The notes under the pieces are model-generated. The model was not told the DNA's origin. It saw only the letters and a list, made by a program, of their open reading frames with translations, and made no database searches. Positions 54,904-64,000 of a DNA stretch of 64,000 nucleotides are shown here, one piece after another; positions within the stretch are counted from its first letter, which is position 1; every line of letters starts with the position of its first letter. Source of the DNA: an uncultured Erysipelotrichaceae bacterium (GTDB taxonomy: Bacteria; Bacillota_I; Bacilli_A; RFN20; CAG-826); NCBI GenBank assembly GCA_902798595.1, contig CADBXE010000004.1, forward strand, positions 3,659 to 67,658, read 5' to 3'. Position numbers and translations under genes: made by a program.

Positions 54904-55722
54904 CTATTTCACGCTTTCTTTCACAGCGCAGGTTCCGATAGAAACCTTATTCATTTCGACATCTTCTTTTTCGATATCGATACCGTATTCTGTCTTGATG
55001 AATTCATAACCAGTTTGGTCAATACGTTTGAAGATTTCTGGGCCACCATCTAGAGCGATACGACCATTGATAATAACGACTGCTCTGGTTGGGTGGATCA
55101 TGTCATACAAACGAGCATAGTGAGAAATCACAAGGAAACCATGACCTTCAGCTTTTTCTTTGTTAATGACATCAGCGATGACATTCATCGCATCGACGTC
55201 TAAACCGGAATCGATTTCATCTAGCATGGCTAGTTTTGGTTTTAGTAATTCCATTTGAAGGATTTCATTTCTCTTCTTTTCACCACCAGAGAAACCTTCG
55301 TTTAATGATCTTGTTGCAAGGTCAAAAGGCATTTTTAATTCCTTGGTAGCGGCATCTAAAACTTTATAAAAATTGTAAGTAGAAATTGGTTTTTCTCTGT
55401 GGGCATTAACTGCGGCTTTTAAGAAGTCGCTGTTAACAACACCTGGAATCTCACTTGGGGCTTGCATGCCTAAGAATAGACCAAGTTTAGAACGTTCATC
55501 TGGAGAAAGTTCTAAAACGTTTTTGTCATCAAAATAGATGCTACCTTCTGTAACTTCATATCTTGGATGACCCATGATGACATTTAACAATGTCGATTTG
55601 CCGTGTCCATTAGGACCGAGCAACGCTACTGTTTCGCCTTCTGATACTTCTAGGTTCACACCTTTGAGTATTTCTTTGCCGTCAACACTAGCGTGTAGAT
55701 TGATTATTTTTAAAGTAGACAT
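54904..55722 (-). CDS. sufC: Fe-S assembly ATPase SufC
   Basis: GPNGHGKST Walker [14 protein letters not shown] signature, LDEIDSGLD Walker B. Confidence 0.95.
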   Translation of the reverse strand: MSTLKIINLHASVDGKEILKGVNLEVSEGETVALLGPNGHGKSTLLNVIMGHPRYEVTEGSIYFDDKNVLELSPDERSKLGLFLGMQAPSEIPGVVNSDFLKAAVNAHREKPISTYNFYKVLDAATKELKMPFDLATRSLNEGFSGGEKKRNEILQMELLKPKLAMLDEIDSGLDVDAMNVIADVINKEKAEGHGFLVISHYARLYDMIHPTRAVVIINGRIALDGGPEIFKRIDQTGYEFIKTEYGIDIEKEDVEMNKVSIGTCAVKESVK

Positions 55723-55847
55723 ACTTCTTACCTCAAATTCCGTGACATATTCTACATATTGGTGATTACATAAGCAAACGATACGATAATTTTTGTTTTT
55801 CGAACCATGCTTTTCATTCGATTAGGCTGTGTTTATTAATAAACTTG

Positions 55848-55876
55848 TTGCATAACTTTTTTAGAATATTTATAAT
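55848..55876 (+). promoter_or_regulatory. Promoter of the PrsA-like lipoprotein operon
   Basis: TTGCAT, a 17-nt spacer, then TATAAT. RBS AAAGGAGAG before ATG 55911. Confidence 0.6.
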
Positions 55877-55910
55877 ATTCGCGCTGTTATTTGAAAAGGA
55901 GAGATAAAAA

Positions 55911-57764
55911 ATGAAGAAAAGTAAACTATCAATAACACTAGTTACTGGCTTCATTGCGGCTATGGCATTGTCTGCTTGTAGCAACGTAAAATCATCCAAA
56001 GATGCAGTTGTTACCTTTACTCCATACGACAGTAAAGAAACAACAGTTAAGCTTCTTACAAATGATGTTTACAAAGCCTACAACAACACAACCAGTGGCG
56101 TCTCTAAGTTCTATGACAAAATCTTAGAAGTTTTAATCCGCTATGAATTTAAAGAAAACGACTTTAAAGGTGGCGAATTAAATTATCAAGAAATTGAAAA
56201 ATGGGCTAAGAACCAAGTTCAAGAACAAAAAGACAAAGCTAAAGATAATGCTAAGAGCAATAACACCAGTTACGACACAGAATGGAAAGCAATCCTAGAA
56301 AGCAACAACGTTGAAGATGCTAATGGATTACAAGAAAAGTTCATTTACGAAAAAGAAAAAGAAGTAATGAAAAACTGGTACGCAGATAATGATGCGAACG
56401 CTGCGACCTTAAAATCCGAATTCTTAGGTATCACAAAAGAAGGTAAAGCAACAGCTGATGTCAACAACGTCAAGTCCGCTATGCCATATCACATCCGTCA
56501 CATCTTAGTGAAGGTTGATGAAGCTGGTGATGCTAATGAAAAATTCTATAAAGGCACAGTTACAGAAGCTCAAGCTAAATTATTAGCCAACACTGTTTCT
56601 GAATTAGCCAAAGGTGATTACAATTTCGCTGAAGTTGCCAAGATGTATTCCGAAGATGGCTCCGCCTCTGCTGGTGGTGACGTCGGTATCATGACAAACA
56701 ACGCTACTTCCGGTAGCTTAGGCATGGTCAACGAATTCCAATTAGGCTTATATGCTTATGACAACTTATACGATGCTGCTAACGTTGCTGATACAGAAGC
56801 TGCCAAAGTCATTAAAGATGGCTTAGGCATGAATCCTGGTGTTGAAGCTGCTTTACCAGCCGGTGTTGTCGAGGTTCCATACGAAGCATTCGTCAAAATG
56901 GGTGAATACGCTGCAGTTACTGCCGATAAACAAGGTAATAAATTAGCAGATGGTAGCACAGCCTTATATCCACGTAACATTGTTTGGAATAAATACCTCA
57001 ACTTACACAACGTCTTTGTTATCAAAAACGCTAAGAAGGCTGACTATTCCGCACTCACATCACCAAAAGATGAGTTCGCAAATCTTGCCAGTGATGAAAA
57101 ATTCAGCACCACATTAAAGAGATTCAATAATAAAGACTACTTAGTCGATGAAAAAGGTAATGTCATTATTGGTGTTCGTAGCCAATACGGCATCCACTTC
57201 ATGGTTATTGAAGAATCCATGTATGACTATGCTGAATTAGAACAATACTATGACACAAAGTTACCAACTGATGATGGTTATAGTAAAGAAACAAGATCAT
57301 ACGTTAACTACATCGAAAGCTCTAGCTTAGATGACTATAAGAAACGTGCAGACGATGTGAAGGGCAAAATCACTTCCTTCGACTCCACATATGATTATCG
57401 TTTATACACCTACCTCAAAGACAAAGCCGGTAAGATTGAATTCAAAGGCGATGCCGCTGACTTAGGCAAACGTATTGATCAATACATTGCCGCCCAAAAG
57501 GATAACAATGTTTATAAGCAAGAAGATGGCTTAAAGCAAGTCTGGAGAACATACACTGAATTATTAGGTGTTCAAAACTACAACCGTACAGCTGAATACA
57601 CAACCAAGAACCCAGTTACTGGTAACGATTCCCCTGTCTTAACACGTCTTGTTCCAGAAAAGATTGCTGATGACTTCTTCGAATTATATAAGAACAATGT
57701 TGTCGGTAATGATCCAAGATACTTGAAGTTCAACGATGAAGGAGAATACCACTATTATGCGTAA
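55911..57764 (+). CDS. prsA: Lipoprotein with a parvulin-type PPIase domain (PrsA-like foldase, 617 aa)
   Basis: Lipobox ALSAC (Cys23). Parvulin signature HIRHILVKV...AKMYSEDGSASAGGDVG. Confidence 0.75.
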   Translation: MKKSKLSITLVTGFIAAMALSACSNVKSSKDAVVTFTPYDSKETTVKLLTNDVYKAYNNTTSGVSKFYDKILEVLIRYEFKENDFKGGELNYQEIEKWAKNQVQEQKDKAKDNAKSNNTSYDTEWKAILESNNVEDANGLQEKFIYEKEKEVMKNWYADNDANAATLKSEFLGITKEGKATADVNNVKSAMPYHIRHILVKVDEAGDANEKFYKGTVTEAQAKLLANTVSELAKGDYNFAEVAKMYSEDGSASAGGDVGIMTNNATSGSLGMVNEFQLGLYAYDNLYDAANVADTEAAKVIKDGLGMNPGVEAALPAGVVEVPYEAFVKMGEYAAVTADKQGNKLADGSTALYPRNIVWNKYLNLHNVFVIKNAKKADYSALTSPKDEFANLASDEKFSTTLKRFNNKDYLVDEKGNVIIGVRSQYGIHFMVIEESMYDYAELEQYYDTKLPTDDGYSKETRSYVNYIESSSLDDYKKRADDVKGKITSFDSTYDYRLYTYLKDKAGKIEFKGDAADLGKRIDQYIAAQKDNNVYKQEDGLKQVWRTYTELLGVQNYNRTAEYTTKNPVTGNDSPVLTRLVPEKIADDFFELYKNNVVGNDPRYLKFNDEGEYHYYA

Positions 57765-59637
57765 AAATATCTTAAAAATTTCCGCGCTCGCGTTGTTAAG
57801 TGCGTTCGCCCTCACATCATGTAGTGACGACATCATTGCCAAACCAAAAGATTATGATAACAACTCTCCAGTTATCACTGTCGAAGGTTTCAATGGTACC
57901 ATCTACAACAACAACTTTAAGGACATCTATGATGGCTACCGCGATGGTACACTCGCTCAAGACGTCTTAGATACCTTACTTTATCAATACTCAATGAGTG
58001 TCTTTGGTAACTATAACAAAGTTACAGCCGCTAAAGTTGGTGACGCTGATCATCCAAACCCATATGGTGATGTCACATTAAAAGCTGCTGTTGCTGGTTT
58101 AAATGCCGATGCCACAAATGGTAACGATAACACCAAAAAGTTCATCAAAGAACACAGTGCTTACTGGACAAAGAATAAAGCCGGTGACCGTGTTGACGAC
58201 AGCAATAAAGTCGTTGATAAAGATGCCGAACCATCTAAGTCCGAATACGCACGTTTAAACAATAAGTGGAAAACAATTGAAAAACGTATTGCTGAAAAGT
58301 TATATGCCGCTATTTCTGGTGGTTCTTATAGTGACAGAAACGTCTTCAAAGAAGAAAAGTACTTACGTGCTTTAGCCGCTGACATTGAAAACAATGTTCG
58401 TGCTGCTTCCGCTAATCCAGATCTCTTCGAAGGTATCTTAACTTCTAAAGTCGAAGACTACGAAGTCTTCACAGTTAAGACAGAATGCTTAGATGCGACA
58501 AAAGGCGAAGACTTCATTCTCCACCGTCAAAACTATCAAAGCAACGCTGACTTAAACCAAGAAGAAACTCCTGAACAAGATGCGACATACGTCGAAGATA
58601 AAATCATCCCAGAAATCTATCGTCAACTTTTAGTTGAACAATACATCTTAGATGAATCCTACGATACATTAGGTCGTACATCCGCCAGACACATCGATGT
58701 CTTAGCTATTGCTAAGAACAGCGAATATGCTAAAGGTGCTGTCAACTTAATGAATACATTCGTTAAGGGCACAATCTTCGATAACGCTCGTACAGACGCT
58801 ATCACACTTAACGATTTCAAACTCGTTTCTAACGCTTGGGTTGGTGCCTTCATGGCCGACAAAGCTAACCATCAAGATGAATACAACTTAATGGTCAAAG
58901 CCATCCCAGAATACGAAACAAGTAACTCTAAGGGTGAATTCTTCCAAGGTACAGCCTATGGCGATATGATGGAAGAACTCGAAAAGATCAACAACAACCC
59001 AGCACTTTCTGAAAACGAAGGTACATACACAAACAATGGCTCATACACATGGGAAACAGGCTATGCTATTAAGACAGCCGAACTCCAATTAAAGGACTAC
59101 ACATCCACAGGTTGGTATGTTAAATCCGTTGGTGTTGCAGCTTTACCAGATAGCCTTAAGAACCAATTATTCGACATCAACGTCGCTAACGCTCTTAATG
59201 GTGAAAAGTGTGTTGAATACTCATTCGATACCGCTAACAATGCTTGGAAGACAAACGAAAACGCTGGTGACACAAACCTTATTAACGTTGTCGGTAAAGT
59301 CAAAGACCAATATTTCTTAAGAAATACAAGCAGAATCGCTGGTAGCCCAGTTGAAAATGACATCTTATTCGAAAGCGATGGCACATACTACATTGTCTTA
59401 GTCCAAGATGCTATCAGAAGTAAAAACTTGAACAAAGCCAACTACGATGGTAAAGATGCCGCTGCATTCGATAAGTTAGAAACTTACATCAACGAAATCG
59501 TCCAATTAGTGGCCGATAATGACACATATCAAAACTTATCCAAGAAACACTGGATTAAGAAGATGGGCATGAAGTTCCACGACACAGTCGTCTATAACTA
59601 CTTCAAATCCACATTCCCAGAAATCTTCGAAGACTAA
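57757..59637 (+). CDS. Lipoprotein, PrsA/SurA-N-like paralogue with no obvious parvulin signature (626 aa)
   Basis: Lipobox LTSC (Cys22). The start at 57757 has a GAAGGAG RBS and overlaps the upstream stop (ATGCGTAA). Confidence 0.65.
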   Translation: MRKNILKISALALLSAFALTSCSDDIIAKPKDYDNNSPVITVEGFNGTIYNNNFKDIYDGYRDGTLAQDVLDTLLYQYSMSVFGNYNKVTAAKVGDADHPNPYGDVTLKAAVAGLNADATNGNDNTKKFIKEHSAYWTKNKAGDRVDDSNKVVDKDAEPSKSEYARLNNKWKTIEKRIAEKLYAAISGGSYSDRNVFKEEKYLRALAADIENNVRAASANPDLFEGILTSKVEDYEVFTVKTECLDATKGEDFILHRQNYQSNADLNQEETPEQDATYVEDKIIPEIYRQLLVEQYILDESYDTLGRTSARHIDVLAIAKNSEYAKGAVNLMNTFVKGTIFDNARTDAITLNDFKLVSNAWVGAFMADKANHQDEYNLMVKAIPEYETSNSKGEFFQGTAYGDMMEELEKINNNPALSENEGTYTNNGSYTWETGYAIKTAELQLKDYTSTGWYVKSVGVAALPDSLKNQLFDINVANALNGEKCVEYSFDTANNAWKTNENAGDTNLINVVGKVKDQYFLRNTSRIAGSPVENDILFESDGTYYIVLVQDAIRSKNLNKANYDGKDAAAFDKLETYINEIVQLVADNDTYQNLSKKHWIKKMGMKFHDTVVYNYFKSTFPEIFED

Positions 59638-59655
59638 GTTTAAACAAAAACAATT

Positions 59656-59679
59656 AAGGAGGCTCAGTCCTCCTTTTTT
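59656..59679 (+). terminator. Intrinsic terminator of the lipoprotein pair
   Basis: AAGGAGGctcagtCCTCCTTTTTT. Confidence 0.8.
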
Positions 59680-59708
59680 GTGCTATTATTTCCTTGAGGA
59701 TAATAATT

Positions 59709-60119
59709 ATGGAAAAAGATGTATTTTGTAAAATCGTCGCAGGTGAAATACCTTGCTATAAATTATTTGAAGACGAAGATGTTCTCGCGTTTTTAGACAT
59801 TTCTCAAGTTACTAAAGGACATGCCTTAGTAATTCCTAAGGAACACTACGACACCTTCTTATCAACGCCAGAAAAGCTTATGCACAAGGTGTTTGATGTC
59901 GCTCAACGTATTGGTCAAATCTCCATTCAGTTTTTAGGGGCTAAAGGTGTGAATATCTTAACTAACTGTTATGAAGTCGCAGGACAAACAGTTAAGCACT
60001 TCCACGTTCATGTGATTCCACGTTATGAATCTCATGATGGCTTCGAGCTTGAAATGAAGAATAATGCAGAAGGACTTAATCTTCCTGTAATCGCAGATAC
60101 GATTAAAAACAACCTCTAA
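59709..60119 (+). CDS. hit: HIT-family nucleotide hydrolase/transferase
   Basis: CIFCKI-like CKIVAGEIP and histidine triad HFHVHVIPR. Confidence 0.9.
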   Translation: MEKDVFCKIVAGEIPCYKLFEDEDVLAFLDISQVTKGHALVIPKEHYDTFLSTPEKLMHKVFDVAQRIGQISIQFLGAKGVNILTNCYEVAGQTVKHFHVHVIPRYESHDGFELEMKNNAEGLNLPVIADTIKNNL

Positions 60120-60129
60120 AAGGCAAATT

Positions 60130-60167
60130 AAAAGGATTGACGAGTTAATTATCATCAATCCTTTTTT
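60130..60167. terminator. Bidirectional terminator between hit and yhaM
   Basis: aaaaGGATTGAcgagttaattatcaTCAATCCtttttt. Confidence 0.7.
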
Positions 60168-60170
60168 CTT

Positions 60171-61100
60171 TTACTTATTTGGCTTATAGAATGAACGATT
60201 ATCTAAGGAGAAGACCTTATTAGAGAAGTTACCCGGATCAACATCCGCGATTGCTTTATTAACAACGACCATCTTACTATCCAAATTATCAATTAAGGAT
60301 AAAAGAAGCGCTTCTTTTGTAAGTGGCATAACAGGCGAACCGAATTCTTGTTGTCCATGGTGAGATAACACCATATGTTCAAGCAAGAGAGGAGTTTCAC
60401 TCTTTATTTTTAATTCATCTGCGGCTTTGCGGAGTTCCGCGGCCATGATACTAATATGGCCTAATAGTTTGCCTTCAGTGGAATACTTATAGACAATTGG
60501 TCCTTCTAATTCAATAATCTTACCTAAATCGTGAAGCAAACAACCTGTAACCATTAAATCGTGGTCACAATCGTACACTGGACAGAGATAAACCGCTAAG
60601 TCGGCCATCGTGATAGAATGCATTAATAAACCACTACTATATTCATGATGGATAGAGACTGCAGCCGGATAGCTATAAATCTTATCACCAAACTTATCAA
60701 TCATATATTTTAAGATTTTTTGGCAGTCTTCATTCTTAACGGAGTTCACGTGCGCGTTAAACCTTTCTATTAATGTCTCTTTTGCGACCGGAGGAGCCTT
60801 CACAAACTTCTCGACGTCTATTTGTTCAAGAGGAACAAGTTCAGCGCTTAGAATCTTTAATTGAAGTTGTTCTTTATATTTATTAGTTTCACCAACAACC
60901 TGGATGACGTTGCCCACAACAAATAATTGTTCATCTTCACTAGTGGCATCCCATTTTTTACCGACGATAGAACCACTGGCGTCTCTTAATTCCACAGAGA
61001 GATAAGCACCACCATTTGCGTTAACACCTTTAGAGACATTGCCTAACAGGAATTGTCCTTCAACGTGTTCATGATCTTCGAAATTCGCAATCATTTTCAT
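60171..61100 (-). CDS. yhaM: 3'-5' exoribonuclease YhaM (OB-fold + HD domain)
   Basis: N-terminal OB fold and HD motif (CLLHDLGK...SHHG). Confidence 0.85.
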   Translation of the reverse strand: MKMIANFEDHEHVEGQFLLGNVSKGVNANGGAYLSVELRDASGSIVGKKWDATSEDEQLFVVGNVIQVVGETNKYKEQLQLKILSAELVPLEQIDVEKFVKAPPVAKETLIERFNAHVNSVKNEDCQKILKYMIDKFGDKIYSYPAAVSIHHEYSSGLLMHSITMADLAVYLCPVYDCDHDLMVTGCLLHDLGKIIELEGPIVYKYSTEGKLLGHISIMAAELRKAADELKIKSETPLLLEHMVLSHHGQQEFGSPVMPLTKEALLLSLIDNLDSKMVVVNKAIADVDPGNFSNKVFSLDNRSFYKPNK

Positions 61101-61900
61101 TATTCATAATCCTCCATATCTAATACTTTCTTAATATCTTTATACCCATAGCCCTTACTGACTAGATAGGCATATAACTTTTGTTTTAATTGATATCCCT
61201 CATATTTTCTTTCGTATCTTTTGAGAGCTTTTTCATAGTCTTTCTTAAGAAGAGAGATTTCTTGTTTATCGGTACCCCTCTTCACTAATTCGCTAACTTC
61301 TTTAGCCACCTCAATGTTATATCCTCGGCTAATAAGTGCCTGATAGACGTGTTTCTTTTTACTAATATAGGCATAACGGTCATATTTCTTATCTAGCTTA
61401 TCAAGCACTGACTTGGCCTTCTTTTTTTCTAAAGAAACTGGGAAGCTTGCTTTTTTAATTAACGCTTCTGGAATACCTTTGTCTTTTAAGTGTTTAACAA
61501 TTTTGTTTTCTCCAAAGCATCTTTCATTATCCCAAATAATTAAGTCTTCCATAAAGGCTTTATCATTTAGTAAATCATTTTCTTTGAGTTTAGCGATGAC
61601 GTTTTTCGCCGCAGTGAAGTTATCTTCTTTTTTAAGCAACTTCTCTAACATCTCTTTTTCACTGATATGTTTTTTTGAAACAATGCTTAACGCGTAATTA
61701 AGTAATGTGGTCATCGCAGTGATTTCTTCTAGTTTAGCAATATCTTTATTATTTAAAGATTTACCAACATATAGGTAAGAAGAAACATATGCTTCTTTAG
61801 ATATTCTTAAAGGCTCACCTTTACCAAAATAAATGGTCACATGATCCTTAAATGTTTTAATGGATTTAATTTTCTTATTACCAGTATTTACGGATGGCAC
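61100..61900 (-). CDS. recX: RecX-family regulatory protein
   Basis: Three tandem helical repeats (ALISRGYNIEVAKEV and YLVSKGYGYKDIKKVL). 266 aa. Confidence 0.65.
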   Translation of the reverse strand: MPSVNTGNKKIKSIKTFKDHVTIYFGKGEPLRISKEAYVSSYLYVGKSLNNKDIAKLEEITAMTTLLNYALSIVSKKHISEKEMLEKLLKKEDNFTAAKNVIAKLKENDLLNDKAFMEDLIIWDNERCFGENKIVKHLKDKGIPEALIKKASFPVSLEKKKAKSVLDKLDKKYDRYAYISKKKHVYQALISRGYNIEVAKEVSELVKRGTDKQEISLLKKDYEKALKRYERKYEGYQLKQKLYAYLVSKGYGYKDIKKVLDMEDYE

Positions 61901-63053
61901 GTTTATAAACCCTCATAATATTGTTATAGAATTTGTCGATAGAATAGATATCCACGACATTATATGCTTCTTGAATGATTTTATCGTGTTGCTCAGGTGT
62001 CATAGAGAAAATCTTTTCCACTTGTGAAACAAATGAATCGTTATCAGTGAAGAAGAAGCCAGTCTTACCATTGATAATAGTGCCTGTTAAGTTGCTATCA
62101 AAACGGGCTAAGACAACTTTGCCTGCGGCCATGGCTTCCATGAATGTTAAGCCTTGGGTTTCAGTAATTGAGGCGGATGTATAAATATCTGCAAGATGAT
62201 AGTAGAATGGCACTTCTAAGGAACTAACCATACCCATGAATTCCACGAGCTTATTAATTTTTAACTCAACACATAGTTGTTCTAATTCTTCTTTAGCAGG
62301 ACCACCACCGACAACTAGCATTTTGACATCCACTTCTGGATGCTTTTTATGATATTCCGCGAAGCCTCTTAAAGAGACATCCATACTCTTTTCTTTAGCA
62401 ACACGACCTAGAAGCAAAAATACCTTGGTGTTTTCCTTAATACCATGTGCTTCTTTAAACGCTTTGATTTTTTCCATATCAATGTTTTCTTTTTTAAAGA
62501 TGGAGAAATCAATACCAGTAGGGATGACATTAATGTAAATATCACTGCCTAAGGAACGCATATATTCTTTAGTCTTTTCACTTGGAGTAATGAATTCCGT
62601 CATGCGGTTCGCTAAATCTTTGGAATAAACACGAACCACTCTTTTGGCTAATCGATCCATTAAGCCATGAGTAGCGTAGTATGTATAGTCTTCATAAGAG
62701 GTGTGATATGTATAAACAATTGGAATTTTGAGCTTTCTTGCGACACGTCTCGCTAAAACACCAATAGTAAAATCGGTTTGATTATGAATGACGTCTGGCT
62801 TAAATTCCTTAATAATCTTCACTGGCTTACTTGCAAACATATTAGTGAAACGATAGCCATAGAGTTTCTTTAAATAGATACCAGGAACGTATAAAACGTT
62901 ATCAATTTGTTCTAATTTACCATCTGTAAAACGAGGAGCCACCACTAAAACTTCATGGCCGTGTGCGGTTAAGGAATTAGCTAAATTAAAAGTCGAGGTC
63001 GAAACCCCATTAACAAATGGAGGGTAGGTATCAGTGAAAATCGCAATGCGCAT
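61878..63053 (-). CDS. GT4-family glycosyltransferase (diacylglycerol glycosyltransferase-like)
   Basis: MRIAIFTDTYPPFVNGVSTS N-terminus and E(x7)E region (TETQGLTFMEAMAAG). Confidence 0.8.
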   Translation of the reverse strand: MRIAIFTDTYPPFVNGVSTSTFNLANSLTAHGHEVLVVAPRFTDGKLEQIDNVLYVPGIYLKKLYGYRFTNMFASKPVKIIKEFKPDVIHNQTDFTIGVLARRVARKLKIPIVYTYHTSYEDYTYYATHGLMDRLAKRVVRVYSKDLANRMTEFITPSEKTKEYMRSLGSDIYINVIPTGIDFSIFKKENIDMEKIKAFKEAHGIKENTKVFLLLGRVAKEKSMDVSLRGFAEYHKKHPEVDVKMLVVGGGPAKEELEQLCVELKINKLVEFMGMVSSLEVPFYYHLADIYTSASITETQGLTFMEAMAAGKVVLARFDSNLTGTIINGKTGFFFTDNDSFVSQVEKIFSMTPEQHDKIIQEAYNVVDIYSIDKFYNNIMRVYKRAIRKYW

Positions 63054-63055
63054 AA

Positions 63056-64000
63056 CTAATCACCATCCAAATCGTCGAGTTCAACCTCGTCGTAATCGTT
63101 TTGAGCAATGTCCGCAGGGGCATTCTTGTTTGAGCGTTGCTTTTTCGTTGGTTTGTTTTTCCGAGGATTTAGCTTCGCTATAATTGCCTCACGCGACAAC
63201 TTCGAAGTTTCCACAAGAGAAGCAACTTCTTCATATCTTTGTACATAAGTTTCCTTCTGCAAGGAGACAAATGTTTGTCTGTTTGGAATATCGCCCATAT
63301 GTGCTTCGTTTTTTGGCGCGGACTTATAGAACGCTGATACCAAGCCACCAATAAAGATTGGGATGACGAACGTAGAAGTTCTCCATAGGAGTAATGAAGC
63401 TTGACAGAGAGTGGTTGATGCATCAAGGTTCGCTACACCATCAATAAAGACAGTAAAGAAACCTTTTTCAGGAGCTTTGGTATTCAAGAACAAATTAAAG
63501 AAAACGAATTCAGAAACACCCGCACTACCAGGAATTGGAATTAAGCCAGTAATCATTTGGTGATAGTTACTTAAGAAGATACAATCCCAGAAGCTAGCTA
63601 CGGTTGATTCATTACCTAATGCCTTACCAACAAAATAAGGAATAGAGAATTTAAGAATGATGTAAGCGGTAAAGGACACAATGACCAAAATTAAGAACGG
63701 AATATTCGTACTTAAACGTCTAAATTCAATTTTGAAGTTTTCCACTTGAATGCGGAGGTTTTCTCTTGTCTTGTCTGGGTTTTTAACAAGTTTAATCTTG
63801 TGGAGCAAGTTAACAACAGGTCCCATAACGAAGTTATGGAATCCATGCCAATAGCCCATTAAGAAGACAATGAAGATAACACCAACGTTAAGCAAGAAGC
63901 CCACTATTGTTAAAGGCCAAATAGGAATATCAAGCGGCACACCATTGAATTCCAAATTAGTTTTAATCGCACCAATGGAAATGATGAAATCATATTTAAC
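63056..64000 (-). CDS. UPF0104 / lysyl-PG-synthase-TM-like flippase-domain membrane protein (5' end lies outside the window)
   Basis: The frame stays open to nt 64000 (VKYDFIISIGAIKTNLEFNG...). Polytopic protein with a charged C-terminal tail. Confidence 0.65.
   Translation of the reverse strand, partial: VKYDFIISIGAIKTNLEFNGVPLDIPIWPLTIVGFLLNVGVIFIVFLMGYWHGFHNFVMGPVVNLLHKIKLVKNPDKTRENLRIQVENFKIEFRRLSTNIPFLILVIVSFTAYIILKFSIPYFVGKALGNESTVASFWDCIFLSNYHQMITGLIPIPGSAGVSEFVFFNLFLNTKAPEKGFFTVFIDGVANLDASTTLCQASLLLWRTSTFVIPIFIGGLVSAFYKSAPKNEAHMGDIPNRQTFVSLQKETYVQRYEEVASLVETSKLSREAIIAKLNPRKNKPTKKQRSNKNAPADIAQNDYDEVELDDLDGD

Noticed and set aside
55814-55999. 61-aa minus-strand ORF spanning the sufC/prsA-like divergent promoter region.
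   Set aside because: It overlaps the promoter, the RBS and the signal-peptide coding region of the PrsA-like gene. It has no RBS and no motifs.
1-64000. Window-wide checks for CRISPR arrays, tRNA or rRNA genes, IS elements, integrases, prophage genes, toxin-antitoxin pairs, known defence systems, and TGA-as-Trp recoding.
   Set aside because: I saw no spaced direct-repeat arrays, no cloverleaf-like GC-rich intergenic segments (all gaps are under 300 nt and accounted for), and no transposase, integrase, RT or nuclease-NTPase defence signatures. All long ORFs are intact under the standard code, TGG encodes Trp, and at least one apparent TGA stop is present (2127-2129).

Overview
This 64 kb window is a mostly conserved chromosomal segment. 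Nearly all genes are on the minus strand. The source looks like a low-GC, genome-reduced Bacillota/Mollicutes-like bacterium (Acholeplasma- or Erysipelotrichia-like). It uses the standard code: long ORFs are intact with TGG as Trp, and TAA, TAG and TGA all act as stops. The gene order is a compacted version of well-known Bacillus blocks: rpmG-secE-nusG; smpB-folC; pgsA-cinA-recA-rny-ymdB-miaB-ricA-miaA; gpsB-rnpB; recU facing nth-dnaD-cca; der-cmk; sufCDSUB-mnmG-rsmG. Other core genes include glnS, argS, ispF, ychF, fhs, rpoE (delta) and nrnA. I found two RNA elements that the ORF track cannot show: a type-B RNase P RNA (about 40322-40655, minus) and an FMN riboswitch (about 48314-48460, minus) upstream of a RibU-like ECF S component. 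I also found two small genes below the 60-aa cutoff of the track: rpmG (1686-1832) and a 59-aa 4Fe-4S ferredoxin (47336-47515). The only clearly accessory region is 11.2-20.0 kb. It holds five separately transcribed surface lipoprotein genes plus one polytopic membrane protein gene. Two of the lipoproteins are tandem paralogues with a CX5R (HCRIGTDRTG) phosphatase domain fused to beta-sandwich/CBM-like modules; I rank this as the best candidate for an uncharacterised system. Other points of interest are a tandem pair of fused MacB-like ABC ATPase-permease genes, a head-only (about 230 aa) CCA-transferase-like protein, exact 19-20 nt repeats in intergenic regions, ACGTGT-type palindromes on promoters, likely leaderless mRNAs, and the absence of ponA, mutSL and pbpX at their Bacillus-syntenic positions. 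I saw no CRISPR array, tRNA, rRNA, transposase or integrase.
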